Shown here: piece after piece, positions 49,507 through 59,370 of the stretch
How the letters are laid out: each line of letters starts with the position of its first letter
Numbering within the stretch: position 1 is the first letter of the stretch
Origin: an uncultured bacterium
Lineage (GTDB): Bacteria > Patescibacteriota > Minisyncoccia > Phycocordibacterales > UBA9973
Assembly: GCA_903894565.1 (NCBI GenBank)
Contig: CAITQP010000011.1
Location: 70,515 to 134,514, forward strand
Reading direction: 5' to 3'
Length of the DNA: 64,000 nucleotides
Notes under the pieces: generated by a model
Database searches by the model: none
Seen by the model: the letters and a program-made list of their open reading frames with translations, nothing else
Told to the model about the DNA's origin: nothing
Position numbers and translations under genes: made by a program

Positions 49507-50744
49507 TTTGTAAGGGGAGTCGTCTGTTGGTTTATTCGCGCTCGGAGAGACACATATCCATACACAGCGGCGGCGATACAGGCGAAACCTCCGACAACAA
49601 GACCATATCGTGGACTCAACACCTGACTGACCCAGCCAATGATCGGTCCGCCGATCGGTGTTGACCCAAGGAACGCTACGGCCCAAAGCGCCATAACACG
49701 TCCTCGCATCTCAGGACTACTTTCCATTTGCAGAAGCGAATTACTGCGAGATAAGAAACTGATTGAAAAGAATCCAGTTACAATCATTGCGATAAATGCA
49801 GTCGTTAGTGTCGGCATGAATGCAACAACAAACATCGAGAGACCAAAGAGCAGTGCTGATGTATAAATCATTTTTTGCGTAATCTTTTTGAATTGCGCTG
49901 TGTAGAATCCACCGATCATTGATCCAAGCCCGATAGCTGTATTGAGGAGCGCGTACGTGCCAGCATCACCATGCAAAGTGAATTGCGCGAATAATGGCAC
50001 GACGACGGTAAATTCGTACGCGAGTGTACCAACTATAGCCATCATAATGAGCGTATCGCGGAGTGCCGGTGTCGCGCGCACATATCGAAGACCTTCACGA
50101 ACTTGTCCGCGAACAGTCTTGATGCGATCTGCGATATACAATTCATGTTCACGCATCATCACGAGCGCAATCACGACTGGAATAAACGAAATCGCATTTA
50201 CAAAAAAACATGCACCGATGCCAAGCGTTGCAATAATTATTCCAGCAATCGCGGGACCAACGACGCGAGCCAAATTCACTTGGAGCGAATTCACCGAAAC
50301 TGCATTATTCAAATGATCGGTACCAACCATTTCAGAAATGAATACCTGACGAGTCGGACTATCAACTGCGTTTACAAAACCAAGCGCGAGCGCAAGTAAT
50401 TCGATGGCCCACAAATGAGCGTTTCCGGTCAACACAAGAATCCATAGTATCAACGCCAAAAGTGCTGAAATGCTTTGAGTGACATACAGTAGTTTACGTT
50501 TGTTGAATCGATCAGCCAAAACTCCGCCCCAAGCTCCAAATATAAGCACTGGTAGAAACTGGAGGGCAGTCACAATACCCAAAGCAGTACCCGAACCAGT
50601 GATCTTGAGCACAAGCCATGATTGACCAATAACTTGCATCCAAGTACCAGATAGGGAAATCGCCTGGCTAAAAAAATACAATCGAAAATTGTATATCTTG
50701 AGCGACTTAAATGTTTTTTTACTGAAGTGTTTGAGTTTTGACAT
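49503..50744 (-). CDS. MFS transporter (12 TM)
   Basis: Two six-helix halves. Typical MFS motifs LADRFNKRK and GPIIG. Confidence 0.8.
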   Translation of the reverse strand: MSKLKHFSKKTFKSLKIYNFRLYFFSQAISLSGTWMQVIGQSWLVLKITGSGTALGIVTALQFLPVLIFGAWGGVLADRFNKRKLLYVTQSISALLALILWILVLTGNAHLWAIELLALALGFVNAVDSPTRQVFISEMVGTDHLNNAVSVNSLQVNLARVVGPAIAGIIIATLGIGACFFVNAISFIPVVIALVMMREHELYIADRIKTVRGQVREGLRYVRATPALRDTLIMMAIVGTLAYEFTVVVPLFAQFTLHGDAGTYALLNTAIGLGSMIGGFYTAQFKKITQKMIYTSALLFGLSMFVVAFMPTLTTAFIAMIVTGFFSISFLSRSNSLLQMESSPEMRGRVMALWAVAFLGSTPIGGPIIGWVSQVLSPRYGLVVGGFACIAAAVYGYVSLRARINQQTTPLTN

Positions 50745-50880
50745 CTAAATCCATCATAGCAGATATTTGAAATGAATTAAGTTCAGTCGAAACGCGTGAA
50801 CCACGGCCGGCCCCTCTGGTTTAACGTCGTAAAAGATATATTGTGCGACGTTAGCATAGGAGCTCCCCTGAGGGAAAACG

Positions 50881-51753
50881 CTACTTTGCACAGTCATTAA
50901 AGGCTGCGACCTGTTTGTTGTATTCGATACGGAGTGCGTCTACAGATGCAAATTCTTTGGAGTATTGTTCGACGCCTTGGTTGTAAATTGTCACAATTGC
51001 GTCCATATTTTTGAATTGAGCCCTTCCCTCGTCAATTGATTTTTTGAGACCACCAAGCTTCGTTGAAAGGTTTGTGAGATCTGCTTCACCTGTATCAACC
51101 TGTGTTTTGAGATTGGTATCAATCGTCGGACAATCAGACAGCGGACGACCAAAGTGTTGCACTAAAACGGAGACCTCGTAGCCTTGGTATGTACCATGAG
51201 CCACACCAACTCCGATTTCGGTATATGTAGTGTCCAAAATATTTGCTCGATGACCTGGACTGTTCATCCAGGCCTGCACGACGTCAGCACTATCTTTAAA
51301 GTTACCAAGTGCAAGATTCTCACCAATTTTGATATATGCGTATCCCTGATCATGCACGAGATCTGTCACGCCACGACCATCCGGTGCTACGTGCTCAAAA
51401 TACTGTCGCTTTAAAATGTCGTCTGCTTTTACTTGGGCTGAAGCATCAAGCTTGGCATTCTCAGTCAAAGTTTTTTCAGATTGTTCTGTGCGCTGATTGT
51501 TTGTCTCAAAAATAATTCCAGTCACACTTATCAATGAAGCATTCGTACTTGAGTTCGTATTCGTATTTTTGGGAACAAGTTTTTGTGCGTCGATTTTGGT
51601 GAGTGGTTCAGGAAGCGTGTTGTCTGTCGCAACGTGAATCTTGGGTTGTATAAACGTATCAAAGGCAGTGCTGTTATGAAGCAATATAAAAAAACTTGTG
51701 CCGAGCACAAAGAGTATGGTGATGATATTTATAGTCGTGGTTTTCATGAGCAT
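50881..51753 (-). CDS. CAP/SCP/PR-1 domain protein (YkwD-like), membrane-anchored
   Basis: GHRANIL...EIGVGV...HFG CAP motifs. N-terminal TM. C-terminal coiled coil. Confidence 0.75.
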   Translation of the reverse strand: MLMKTTTINIITILFVLGTSFFILLHNSTAFDTFIQPKIHVATDNTLPEPLTKIDAQKLVPKNTNTNSSTNASLISVTGIIFETNNQRTEQSEKTLTENAKLDASAQVKADDILKRQYFEHVAPDGRGVTDLVHDQGYAYIKIGENLALGNFKDSADVVQAWMNSPGHRANILDTTYTEIGVGVAHGTYQGYEVSVLVQHFGRPLSDCPTIDTNLKTQVDTGEADLTNLSTKLGGLKKSIDEGRAQFKNMDAIVTIYNQGVEQYSKEFASVDALRIEYNKQVAAFNDCAK

Positions 51754-52133
51754 GATGGTGCGAGTGCGTATCCGGCAGATTCTGCTTGTGCTTTCGTATC
51801 AAAGTAGACACGATTTGATTCTTTGATTTTGCTTGCACTGGCACAGTTGGCGGTATAGTATTTCTTGCCATTTTTTGAGGCTACGAATGACCCAGATTGG
51901 GTTTTTGGAGTAGATACAGGACTTCGTGAAATATCGCTTGAAATAGGGCTTATATAGGCATTTAGAGGGCACTCGATGGCAACCAACGGCTCCTTATGAG
52001 TCTCAGCTCGAGCAATGTAGCCCAAATAGAAGGAAATCCCTGCTGAAACGACCAAAACCCCAATAAATACAAGCTTCTGCCGGTGTTCCCCTACCCAACC
52101 CTTGATATTTGTTTTAAAATCATATATACTCAT
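51744..52133 (-). CDS. hypothetical membrane-anchored protein with Cys-containing C-terminal KYYTANC...GYALAPSC module
   Basis: ORF with one TM. Start trimmed to the first ATG. 10-nt overlap with the downstream CAP gene. Confidence 0.4.
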   Translation of the reverse strand: MSIYDFKTNIKGWVGEHRQKLVFIGVLVVSAGISFYLGYIARAETHKEPLVAIECPLNAYISPISSDISRSPVSTPKTQSGSFVASKNGKKYYTANCASASKIKESNRVYFDTKAQAESAGYALAPSCS

Positions 52134-52162
52134 TTCTGTTATTATATAGCACAAACTGATTT

Positions 52163-52435
52163 ATGGCACATCGTAAAGCGGGAGGAACCGCCAGAAACCT
52201 AAAGGACTCAAATCCTAAATATCTCGGAACCAAGCTCTATGCAGGAGAGAAGGCACAGACTGGATCCATCATTGTACGTCAGCGCGGAACAGTGATTATG
52301 GCCGGACGCAATGTCAAAGTTGCAACAGACCATACTCTCTTTGCTCTCAAGTCTGGAACAGTTTCTTTCGCAAACAAGCGCAAAGTAAACTACGACGGCA
52401 CAAAGACCACAAAGAAAATCGTTCACGTCGACTAA
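52163..52435 (+). CDS. rpmA: 50S ribosomal protein L27
   Basis: MAHRKAGGTARNLKDSNPKYLG...VRQRGT...DHTLFA. Confidence 0.92.
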   Translation: MAHRKAGGTARNLKDSNPKYLGTKLYAGEKAQTGSIIVRQRGTVIMAGRNVKVATDHTLFALKSGTVSFANKRKVNYDGTKTTKKIVHVD

Positions 52436-52444
52436 TACAAAACG

Positions 52445-52506
52445 AAAAACGCCTCACTTATTTTCTGATCAGGTCACCTGATGAAAAAATAAGTGAGGCG
52501 TTTTTT
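52445..52506. terminator. bidirectional terminator, 62-nt nested perfect hairpin
   Basis: Outer stem AAAAACGCCTCACTTATTTT/AAAATAAGTGAGGCGTTTTT. Inner ATCAGGT-c-ACCTGAT. Confidence 0.7.
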
Positions 52507-52513
52507 ATATTTG

Positions 52514-52957
52514 CTACGCTTTTGAAACAGTCACAACAATAGATTCCTTCATGCCCATCGCCTCGATTGAGACGGAGTATTCGCCTGTGTGTTTGATTGG
52601 CTCGGCGAGACGGATGAATTCTTCGGCGATGGTGATCTGGTGTTGCTTTTTGAGTGCCTCTGCGATGTCTTTCTGGTGGATTGCTTTAAAGAGACTTCCT
52701 TGCTCGTTGGCCTTTGCAGAAAGGGCCACACCGACACCAGAGACGGCACGGAGGTTCTTTTTGAAGAGGTCTGTTTGGACTTCTTTGACTACGCGAACCT
52801 CATTCTGAGAGCGTTCGAGTTTCTTGATAGCCTCAGGGGTCGCGATAATAGCGAAGCCTTTTGGCAAGAGGAAATTGCGGACGTATCCGTCAGGTTGTTC
52901 CTTGATTTCGTTGATATTGCCCACTTTCGGGACTTTCTTGATGAATATAACTTTCAT
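52514..52957 (-). CDS. rplI: 50S ribosomal protein L9
   Basis: MKVIFIKKVPKVGNINEIKEQPDGYVRNFLLPKG. Confidence 0.9.
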   Translation of the reverse strand: MKVIFIKKVPKVGNINEIKEQPDGYVRNFLLPKGFAIIATPEAIKKLERSQNEVRVVKEVQTDLFKKNLRAVSGVGVALSAKANEQGSLFKAIHQKDIAEALKKQHQITIAEEFIRLAEPIKHTGEYSVSIEAMGMKESIVVTVSKA

Positions 52958-52992
52958 AACAAGGTCAGTATACCTGATTTTGTGAGGTAAGA

Positions 52993-54216
52993 CTACTTCC
53001 CTGTTTTGAAGTATTCGAGGGCTCGGTTGAGCACTGGATCGACATGATTTGCGATATCTTTGTCGCTTACCGTGACTGCAATATCAGGCTTGAGGCCGTG
53101 TTCTGAAATCCATGAGCCATTTGGTGTAAGCCATTTTGCGACCGTAATTTTCATGGTTGTGTCTTTCGTGACATCGAGCACTTCTTGCACAGATCCTTTG
53201 CCGTAAGTCGTCTCACCGATAAGTGGAGCGACATTGTGTTGCTGAAGTGCCCCTGAAAGAATTTCGGATGCTGAAGCAGAGCCTTTGTCGACAAGTACGG
53301 CAACTTTGATATTTTTCATATCGAGCAAATCAAAACCTTTACTGCGGTAAATTTTTGGAGAACCATTTTTGCCAAAGTCTTCAGTCACGATTGTGTCGCC
53401 TTCGGGCAAGAAGAAACTTGCCATATCGACAGCTGAATCAAGATAACCTCCAGGGTTACCACGAAGATCGAGCACAAGCTGTTTAGAGCCACTCTTTGAA
53501 AAATCTTCGAGTGCCTTTTCCATAAGTGTTGCTGACGTCGCACTGAAACTATAGAGACTGATAACGTATACTCCATCAGGACGAAGTTTCGCGTCGATTG
53601 TTGGCACGTCAATAACATCACGTGTGACAACAACATCGTTTGGTTTCGATTTGCCTTCGCGATACATCGAGAGTGTGACAGAAGTACCCTTTGGTCCGCG
53701 AATGATCGTGACCGCTTGGTCAACAGACATATCTTCGGTCGTCTTTCCGTTTATTTTTAAAATCTTGTCTCCAGGCAAAATACCAGCTTTTTCAGCAGGT
53801 GTACCTTTGAGTGGAGCAATGACAGTCAGGACTTTGTCCTTGATTCCAACTTCCATTCCAATACCTTCAAAACTGCCACTGATGGTGTCAGAAAAATTCT
53901 TTGAATCTTGTGGTGGAAAGAATACAGAGTATGGATCGCCTGTTGATGCCACGAGGCCTTTGATTGCACCATACACACGATCCTGCGCACTGATCTTGTC
54001 AGCACCAGGAAACTTCTGATCCATGATATTCCAGACCTTCCAAAACGGAGCAAAATCCGCTTGGCTCACGACACTTGGGTTATCTTTGTTTGTAACAGCA
54101 GTTACTTGTTCTTCACTAGTACGATGATGCGAACCGGCTGAAAAACCGGTAAAAAATACTCCTGAGAGGATGAGCACGGATACCGCACCAAGAACAATTT
54201 TTGCTCGTATTTTCAT
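52993..54216 (-). CDS. ctpA: S41-family C-terminal processing peptidase
   Basis: PDZ domain plus the catalytic S41 core (GNPGGYL, TYGKGSVQ). Signal/TM at the N-terminus. Confidence 0.85.
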   Translation of the reverse strand: MKIRAKIVLGAVSVLILSGVFFTGFSAGSHHRTSEEQVTAVTNKDNPSVVSQADFAPFWKVWNIMDQKFPGADKISAQDRVYGAIKGLVASTGDPYSVFFPPQDSKNFSDTISGSFEGIGMEVGIKDKVLTVIAPLKGTPAEKAGILPGDKILKINGKTTEDMSVDQAVTIIRGPKGTSVTLSMYREGKSKPNDVVVTRDVIDVPTIDAKLRPDGVYVISLYSFSATSATLMEKALEDFSKSGSKQLVLDLRGNPGGYLDSAVDMASFFLPEGDTIVTEDFGKNGSPKIYRSKGFDLLDMKNIKVAVLVDKGSASASEILSGALQQHNVAPLIGETTYGKGSVQEVLDVTKDTTMKITVAKWLTPNGSWISEHGLKPDIAVTVSDKDIANHVDPVLNRALEYFKTGK

Positions 54217-54242
54217 AAATGTTTGTATAGTATACCGTGTTC

Positions 54243-55403
54243 TTATTGATACTGTATATAGATAGGCTGTGGAGTAAGTTTCAAGAGTTCTGCTGGAGTG
54301 AGCATTCGCTTGCTTGGCGGGAGTAAATCATTCTTGTAAAACAATTTAAATCCAGCAAATTGTACTGGTTGCGGAGTAATGACCGTGTTGTAGGTATTGA
54401 TTTTCTTTGCAGCGAAACCCCAACCATCCATGTCCATAACGAATTGCACTTCAGGAAGTGGTTTGATGAGTTTGTAATTCGTTATCATTGGCATCGTAAA
54501 GCGATGAATAACCAAAATCTTTGGAGGAAGATTATTGTCTTGCACAATCTTCGCGAGATAGTTCATCGCCCAATTGATGTCAGTAGCATCCATTGTTCCA
54601 ATAACAGAACCTGGACGCTCACTGTGCTTCATCGAAAACTCTGGATCGAGTCCGAGATGCACATCAGGCATTTTCAAATATTTTTCAAGAAGTGGAACTT
54701 CAGTCTGCACATTACTCAGAGCAACTTGAATATCAAGAAATACAATTCCATGAATCTTGTGCGCGAGCTCGAGCGCGTGATCGATCTGCGTGTCAGGCAT
54801 GCGCAAACGGTATTTGCCATCACGTCCCGAGCTTCCTTGAGCAGTAACAACAATATAGTGAATCGCCGGTATGACAGGGGTCGTCGGATCTGCGACTTTC
54901 CACACCTCAACTTCCTTATTCAATTTATCAAGCATTACGTCGGTCGGATATTGACCAAGCACGCCCATTCCTTTTGAATAAAAGTTGCCATAGTACGCAA
55001 CAATACGGTTGAACGGAAGAAGTGCTCCATAGTTAGGATACACAGTCTTCGGTGGCCAGAGTGGGGTTACTTTTGGGGTTACGAGCGTACCAGTAACGTC
55101 ATCACCACTCGCCTTCTCCGATGGAGCAACGGGTTTTGGAGCTGGATTATTTGCGATCTGAAGAAGCTTTTTGTCGTATGCGATCGTATCAAGTACTGGT
55201 TTTGGAACCGGCGGCAGGAGCGCAGGAAGTGTGACCGTCGATACATCACTTTTAAGGGTATTACTCGTTAAACCACCTTTTGTATATGCAAAATGCGTCT
55301 TTTTATATTCAAACAAAAAAAGTGATGCGACAATCGCGAGCACAAGAACTCCTCCGGTAATTGTAACTATCTGTTTCTGTTTTGGAGAGAGAGTGAATCG
55401 CAT
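54243..55403 (-). CDS. hypothetical membrane-anchored extracytoplasmic protein (386 aa)
   Basis: ORF with an N-terminal TM, a Pro-rich linker and a large C-terminal domain with no clear motif. Confidence 0.5.
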   Translation of the reverse strand: MRFTLSPKQKQIVTITGGVLVLAIVASLFLFEYKKTHFAYTKGGLTSNTLKSDVSTVTLPALLPPVPKPVLDTIAYDKKLLQIANNPAPKPVAPSEKASGDDVTGTLVTPKVTPLWPPKTVYPNYGALLPFNRIVAYYGNFYSKGMGVLGQYPTDVMLDKLNKEVEVWKVADPTTPVIPAIHYIVVTAQGSSGRDGKYRLRMPDTQIDHALELAHKIHGIVFLDIQVALSNVQTEVPLLEKYLKMPDVHLGLDPEFSMKHSERPGSVIGTMDATDINWAMNYLAKIVQDNNLPPKILVIHRFTMPMITNYKLIKPLPEVQFVMDMDGWGFAAKKINTYNTVITPQPVQFAGFKLFYKNDLLPPSKRMLTPAELLKLTPQPIYIQYQ

Positions 55404-55612
55404 TATGATGTTTCGGTAAATGTCTCTGTTTTAATTTCAGCTACGTTATTTATATTGCGAACGCGAACTTGTTTCCAAATCAGGGCACTCAAATACGTAA
55501 CGGTAAGTCCGGTCGCGACAATAAGAATTGTTTTCCAAAGATCTGGAAAACCGAGGAATGGAAGAATCATTAACCACACACCCAAAATAAGCAAAACTTT
55601 TTCTTTATTCAT
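55403..55612 (-). CDS. small two-TM membrane protein (69 aa)
   Basis: ORF overlapping the start of the downstream gene by 1 nt. Hydrophobic. Confidence 0.4.
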   Translation of the reverse strand: MNKEKVLLILGVWLMILPFLGFPDLWKTILIVATGLTVTYLSALIWKQVRVRNINNVAEIKTETFTETS

Positions 55613-55636
55613 ATCAGAGTGATTATACTCGCTTCG

Positions 55637-56326
55637 TTACTTTTCGACAACGACAACAAACTCCCCTTTTTGTTTTTCTGGAGTTGTTTCGAGGATCGTG
55701 CGAAGTTCGAGTGGTGTGCCTTCGAGTACTTCTTCGAATTGTTTTGTGAGTTCACGTGCAATCCAAACATGCGCCTCTGGATACAATTCTTCGAGTTCTT
55801 TCATAAGCTTCACGATGCGATGAGAAGACTCGTAACACACTTGCGCGTCTTGGGCTTCACGCATTGCTTTGATCACCGTTTGGCGACCCTTTTTGTGTGG
55901 AAGAAAACCGAGAAATGTGAATCGTCCACCTGAGACTGGAATCACTGAAAGTGCCGTTGTGAGAGCTGATGCGCCAGGAATCGGCACGATGCGGAGCTCT
56001 GAGCCAAATCGCTTGCGAAGATAGGTGATGAGTGGTGAGCCTGGGTCGGAAATAAGCGGTGTCCCTGCATCACTCACAAGCGCGAGATTGTCACCACGTT
56101 CGAGTTTTTCAGCGATCGAATGCAATTTCGCTTCGGTCGAATGCGCGTGATAACTTTCTGTTTTCGCGTGGATATTGTGTCGCCCAAAAAGAATTTTTGT
56201 GTGACGAGTATCTTCACAAAGAACAAGCGAAACCTCGCTCAAAATACGAAGAGCTCGAAGGGTTATATCTTCGAGGTTTCCGATTGGTGTTGCAACGATA
56301 TAGAGTGTGCCGAGTTCTTTGTTCAT
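55637..56326 (-). CDS. rsmI: 16S rRNA (cytidine1402-2'-O)-methyltransferase
   Basis: LYIVATPIGNLEDITLRALRIL...LCEDTRHT. Confidence 0.85.
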   Translation of the reverse strand: MNKELGTLYIVATPIGNLEDITLRALRILSEVSLVLCEDTRHTKILFGRHNIHAKTESYHAHSTEAKLHSIAEKLERGDNLALVSDAGTPLISDPGSPLITYLRKRFGSELRIVPIPGASALTTALSVIPVSGGRFTFLGFLPHKKGRQTVIKAMREAQDAQVCYESSHRIVKLMKELEELYPEAHVWIARELTKQFEEVLEGTPLELRTILETTPEKQKGEFVVVVEK

Positions 56327-56329
56327 AGT

Positions 56330-57061
56330 CTAAATGATGCGCATTGCGCCTGTTTTGCCGTCCCATTCATACATTACATCTTTTCTTTCTATTACGATAG
56401 TCCAACCATTTTCCCGCGCCACTTTGGCGAGCTTGGCATTCGGATTGAAACAAATGGGGTTTTCAACAATCGAGAGCATTGGAATGTCTCCTTCTGTATC
56501 CCCCACTGCATATGAGCCGAGTAGTGAAAGTCCGTGTTTTTCGGCAGCACGCTTCACTATTGCCGACTTGTCACTGATTAGTTCTTCACTGACGACGTTG
56601 CCTGTAAATTTCTCGTCACCATCAAGCTCATAAAATCGTCCATATACTTTGTCGAATCCAAGCATCGTACAAAAATCATGAAGTACGGCCCATGGTGATT
56701 GCGATACGGCAAGCAAAAAATATCCTTGCTCTTTGAGATCACGGATCAATTTGCTTGTATACAAATAGCGAATATTTTTGTCCTTTGCGTTGACGGTTTT
56801 CGCGGCTTCGTGCAGTGCTGTGTACGGCAATCCTTTCATGTGCGAAGTGAATGACTCAACCACCTTCATGATGTAGTCTTCATATGAACCTTGTCGCTCT
56901 ATCCATGCTTCCTCATATCCTTTGTAGAGTGTTCGTGCGCTCTCGGGGAAATCACCACGTCGAACAAGCTCCTCAACAAGTTTGATAAGGAGGCTCGAAC
57001 GAAAAATAGTCCCATCAATGTCAAATACTGCGACTTTTTTGGGTGTAGTGTTTGATTCCAT
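56330..57061 (-). CDS. HAD-IB family hydrolase
   Basis: VAVFDIDGTI motif I, and later HAD motifs. Confidence 0.75.
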   Translation of the reverse strand: MESNTTPKKVAVFDIDGTIFRSSLLIKLVEELVRRGDFPESARTLYKGYEEAWIERQGSYEDYIMKVVESFTSHMKGLPYTALHEAAKTVNAKDKNIRYLYTSKLIRDLKEQGYFLLAVSQSPWAVLHDFCTMLGFDKVYGRFYELDGDEKFTGNVVSEELISDKSAIVKRAAEKHGLSLLGSYAVGDTEGDIPMLSIVENPICFNPNAKLAKVARENGWTIVIERKDVMYEWDGKTGAMRII

Positions 57062-57062
57062 A

Positions 57063-57893
57063 TTAGTTTCCTACCATTCCGGCGACTTCACGTATCAGCT
57101 TCTCAGCGATGTCCTTTTCAACACCAAACATTCGAACGAGATCGCGTGCCTCGTACGTGAGCAAATCTTGCGCGAGAATAATATTTTTCTTGGCGAGTTC
57201 AGGCAACAACAATTTTGGAAGCGATGGCAAGACGGTGACTGGATAGAGTTTTTTGTCGGCAATGATATCTTCAAGACTTGCACCGCGTGGATAATTCCAG
57301 CCAGTCAATCGAATACCTCGACACTTTGCATACTGAATAGCTGCATCAGTAAATTTTGTGTTCGTCACAACCCACATCGCATATTCAAATTTCTTCTGAT
57401 TATTTTCCGGTTCGTTTTTGACGATATCAATCAGTCGAGCGTCAGCATACATAATGACGTCAACGTGCGTTTTGATTCCCGGTTCGTTGTGATATTTGGC
57501 CTCAACGAGAAAACGCTTACTGCCTTCAGCCGCGATGACATCGATCTCATGCGAGACACATTTGCCCTTAAGTGTGACGTCACGCTTGGTGGTGAATCCA
57601 TACGCTTGAAGCACAACTTCAAAATATTGTTCGAAGATAAATCCAGCAGGTCCAAGCGCCTCAAGACCGCGACGCAAACTATAGCGAGCTGCGACATCCG
57701 GCGCTTCTTTCATGAGATATTTCAGAGACTTACGAAATATAGAATTGGTCGAATCATTTGGGTTTACTTTTGTCCCAACAGTACGACAAATAGTATCAGC
57801 GACATCACGTGGAGCACCTGCCTTACGCATCGAAAGACACAGTTTCGAAGGACTAAATTCTTCTCGCACGCCACCAGTCTTTACGATTTCCAT
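57063..57893 (-). CDS. ATP-cone domain protein fused to a restriction-endonuclease-like (Mrr-type) fold and a C-terminal HhH
   Basis: N-terminal ATP-cone-like IVKTGGVREEFSPSKL. Central EIDVIAAEGSKRFLVEAKYH (PD-(D/E)xK-like). C-terminal helix-hairpin-helix. Start trimmed to ATG 57893. Confidence 0.55.
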   Translation of the reverse strand: MEIVKTGGVREEFSPSKLCLSMRKAGAPRDVADTICRTVGTKVNPNDSTNSIFRKSLKYLMKEAPDVAARYSLRRGLEALGPAGFIFEQYFEVVLQAYGFTTKRDVTLKGKCVSHEIDVIAAEGSKRFLVEAKYHNEPGIKTHVDVIMYADARLIDIVKNEPENNQKKFEYAMWVVTNTKFTDAAIQYAKCRGIRLTGWNYPRGASLEDIIADKKLYPVTVLPSLPKLLLPELAKKNIILAQDLLTYEARDLVRMFGVEKDIAEKLIREVAGMVGN

Positions 57894-57997
57894 ATATTCC
57901 CATTCTACCACGGAGACTCAAAAGGTGGAAAAGTGACCTATCTTTTGCATTGCGAAATGGTAGGATGGTTGCAACTCACAACTACATTAAAATTAAA

Positions 57998-58300
57998 ATG
58001 GAAAACCACGCTAGTATCTGCGGAACACTTGCTTCCCTTTTTTCAATTGGGTTATGCATTTATGGCACACCCAGCCAGATTTGGATTATCTGGAAAAAGA
58101 AAGCCGCTGACGAAATATCTGGACCCAACACATATATGACTGCGGGCTACGCAGTCTTCATGTGTGGGTACGGATTCGAAATCCATAGTGCCTATATATT
58201 TGTCCCAGAATTTATTGGGTCGATATCGAGCGTACTTTTGGTAATACTTGTAATTTATTACAAGTATTTTAATAAAAATAATACGCCGCCTCCATTATAA
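57998..58300 (+). CDS. probable SemiSWEET (PQ-loop/MtN3) transporter, ~100 aa, 3 TM
   Basis: TPSQIWIIWKKKAADEIS PQ-loop after TM1. Three TM helices. Start trimmed to ATG 57998. Confidence 0.55.
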   Translation: MENHASICGTLASLFSIGLCIYGTPSQIWIIWKKKAADEISGPNTYMTAGYAVFMCGYGFEIHSAYIFVPEFIGSISSVLLVILVIYYKYFNKNNTPPPL

Positions 58301-58307
58301 GAGGCGG
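58284..58307. terminator. bidirectional intrinsic terminator
   Basis: GCCGCCTC-cattataa-GAGGCGGC with T-runs on both strands. Confidence 0.6.
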
Positions 58308-59351
58308 CTATATTTTTTCCCACGGAGCACCGCTATGAATAAAATGTCCGTGTGCTGCAACATTTTTGTACACTGCATTTCGGAGTCCAAGTTTTTCAAT
58401 AATTGCTTTTGGCGCGAAATCAAATCGTCCTTGTATTACACTTGAAATATCTTCGCCATTTTCATTGGTGACTGTTAGCATTACAGGTTCTGCTACACCG
58501 ATAGCGTACGCGACAGAGACGAGCGCTTCTTTTGCTACTCCTTCGCGCACAAGTGCTTTTGCAACAAAGCGCGCCATGTAGGCAGCAGAGCGATCTACTT
58601 TGGTCGCATCTTTACCACTGAAACACCCACCGCCGTGCGGAATAATTCCCCCGTACGTATCAACCATGATCTTTCTTCCGGTGAGTCCTGTGTCAGCATC
58701 AAATCCACCAATCGTGAACATGCCACTTGGATTAATAATCACTCTCGCCGTTTGAAGCGTGTCGCCGAAAATTGGTTTGAGTACGACTTCACGAATTCCA
58801 TTTTCGATCTCCGTATGCGTTACTTGTTCGGTGTGCTGTACACTCACCACAATCGTATCGACGACATCATCTACCATCGTGATCTGAGTTTTGCCATCAG
58901 GAAGAAGCCACGGAAGACGCGCACTGGTTTCTGGTTTGTCGAGCAATTCGACGATACGTGCAGCATACACAACACCGCGCGGAAGCATCTCAGGAGTTTC
59001 GTTCGTAGCGAATCCGTACATGATCCCTTGATCCCCCGCTCCATCATGATTCACCCCTTCCGCAATCTCTGGTGACTGCTTCACAATCTGCGTGCGAATT
59101 TCGATGTCGCTCGTGAATCCAATCGAGCGATACACATCACGCGCAATGCTCTCGACATCGACATATGCAGTCGAAGTAATCTCGCCACCGAGTGTGAGCA
59201 GTCCATGCGCTCCAAATGCCTCAATCGCAACACGTGCAAATGGATCTTGTGCAAGATGTGCATCAAGAATTGCATCTGAAATTTGATCGCACACTTTGTC
59301 AGGGTGACCGCGACGAACATTTTCGACTGTGTATTTTTTTGGTATATACAT
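58308..59351 (-). CDS. metK: S-adenosylmethionine synthetase
   Basis: MYIPKKYTVENVRRGHPDKVCDQISDAILDA, GGGAFSGKD, full-length match. The upstream 52 codons of the track ORF are riboswitch, not coding. Confidence 0.9.
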   Translation of the reverse strand: MYIPKKYTVENVRRGHPDKVCDQISDAILDAHLAQDPFARVAIEAFGAHGLLTLGGEITSTAYVDVESIARDVYRSIGFTSDIEIRTQIVKQSPEIAEGVNHDGAGDQGIMYGFATNETPEMLPRGVVYAARIVELLDKPETSARLPWLLPDGKTQITMVDDVVDTIVVSVQHTEQVTHTEIENGIREVVLKPIFGDTLQTARVIINPSGMFTIGGFDADTGLTGRKIMVDTYGGIIPHGGGCFSGKDATKVDRSAAYMARFVAKALVREGVAKEALVSVAYAIGVAEPVMLTVTNENGEDISSVIQGRFDFAPKAIIEKLGLRNAVYKNVAAHGHFIHSGAPWEKI

Positions 59352-59370
59352 AAAGTTTAATAACAAATAG

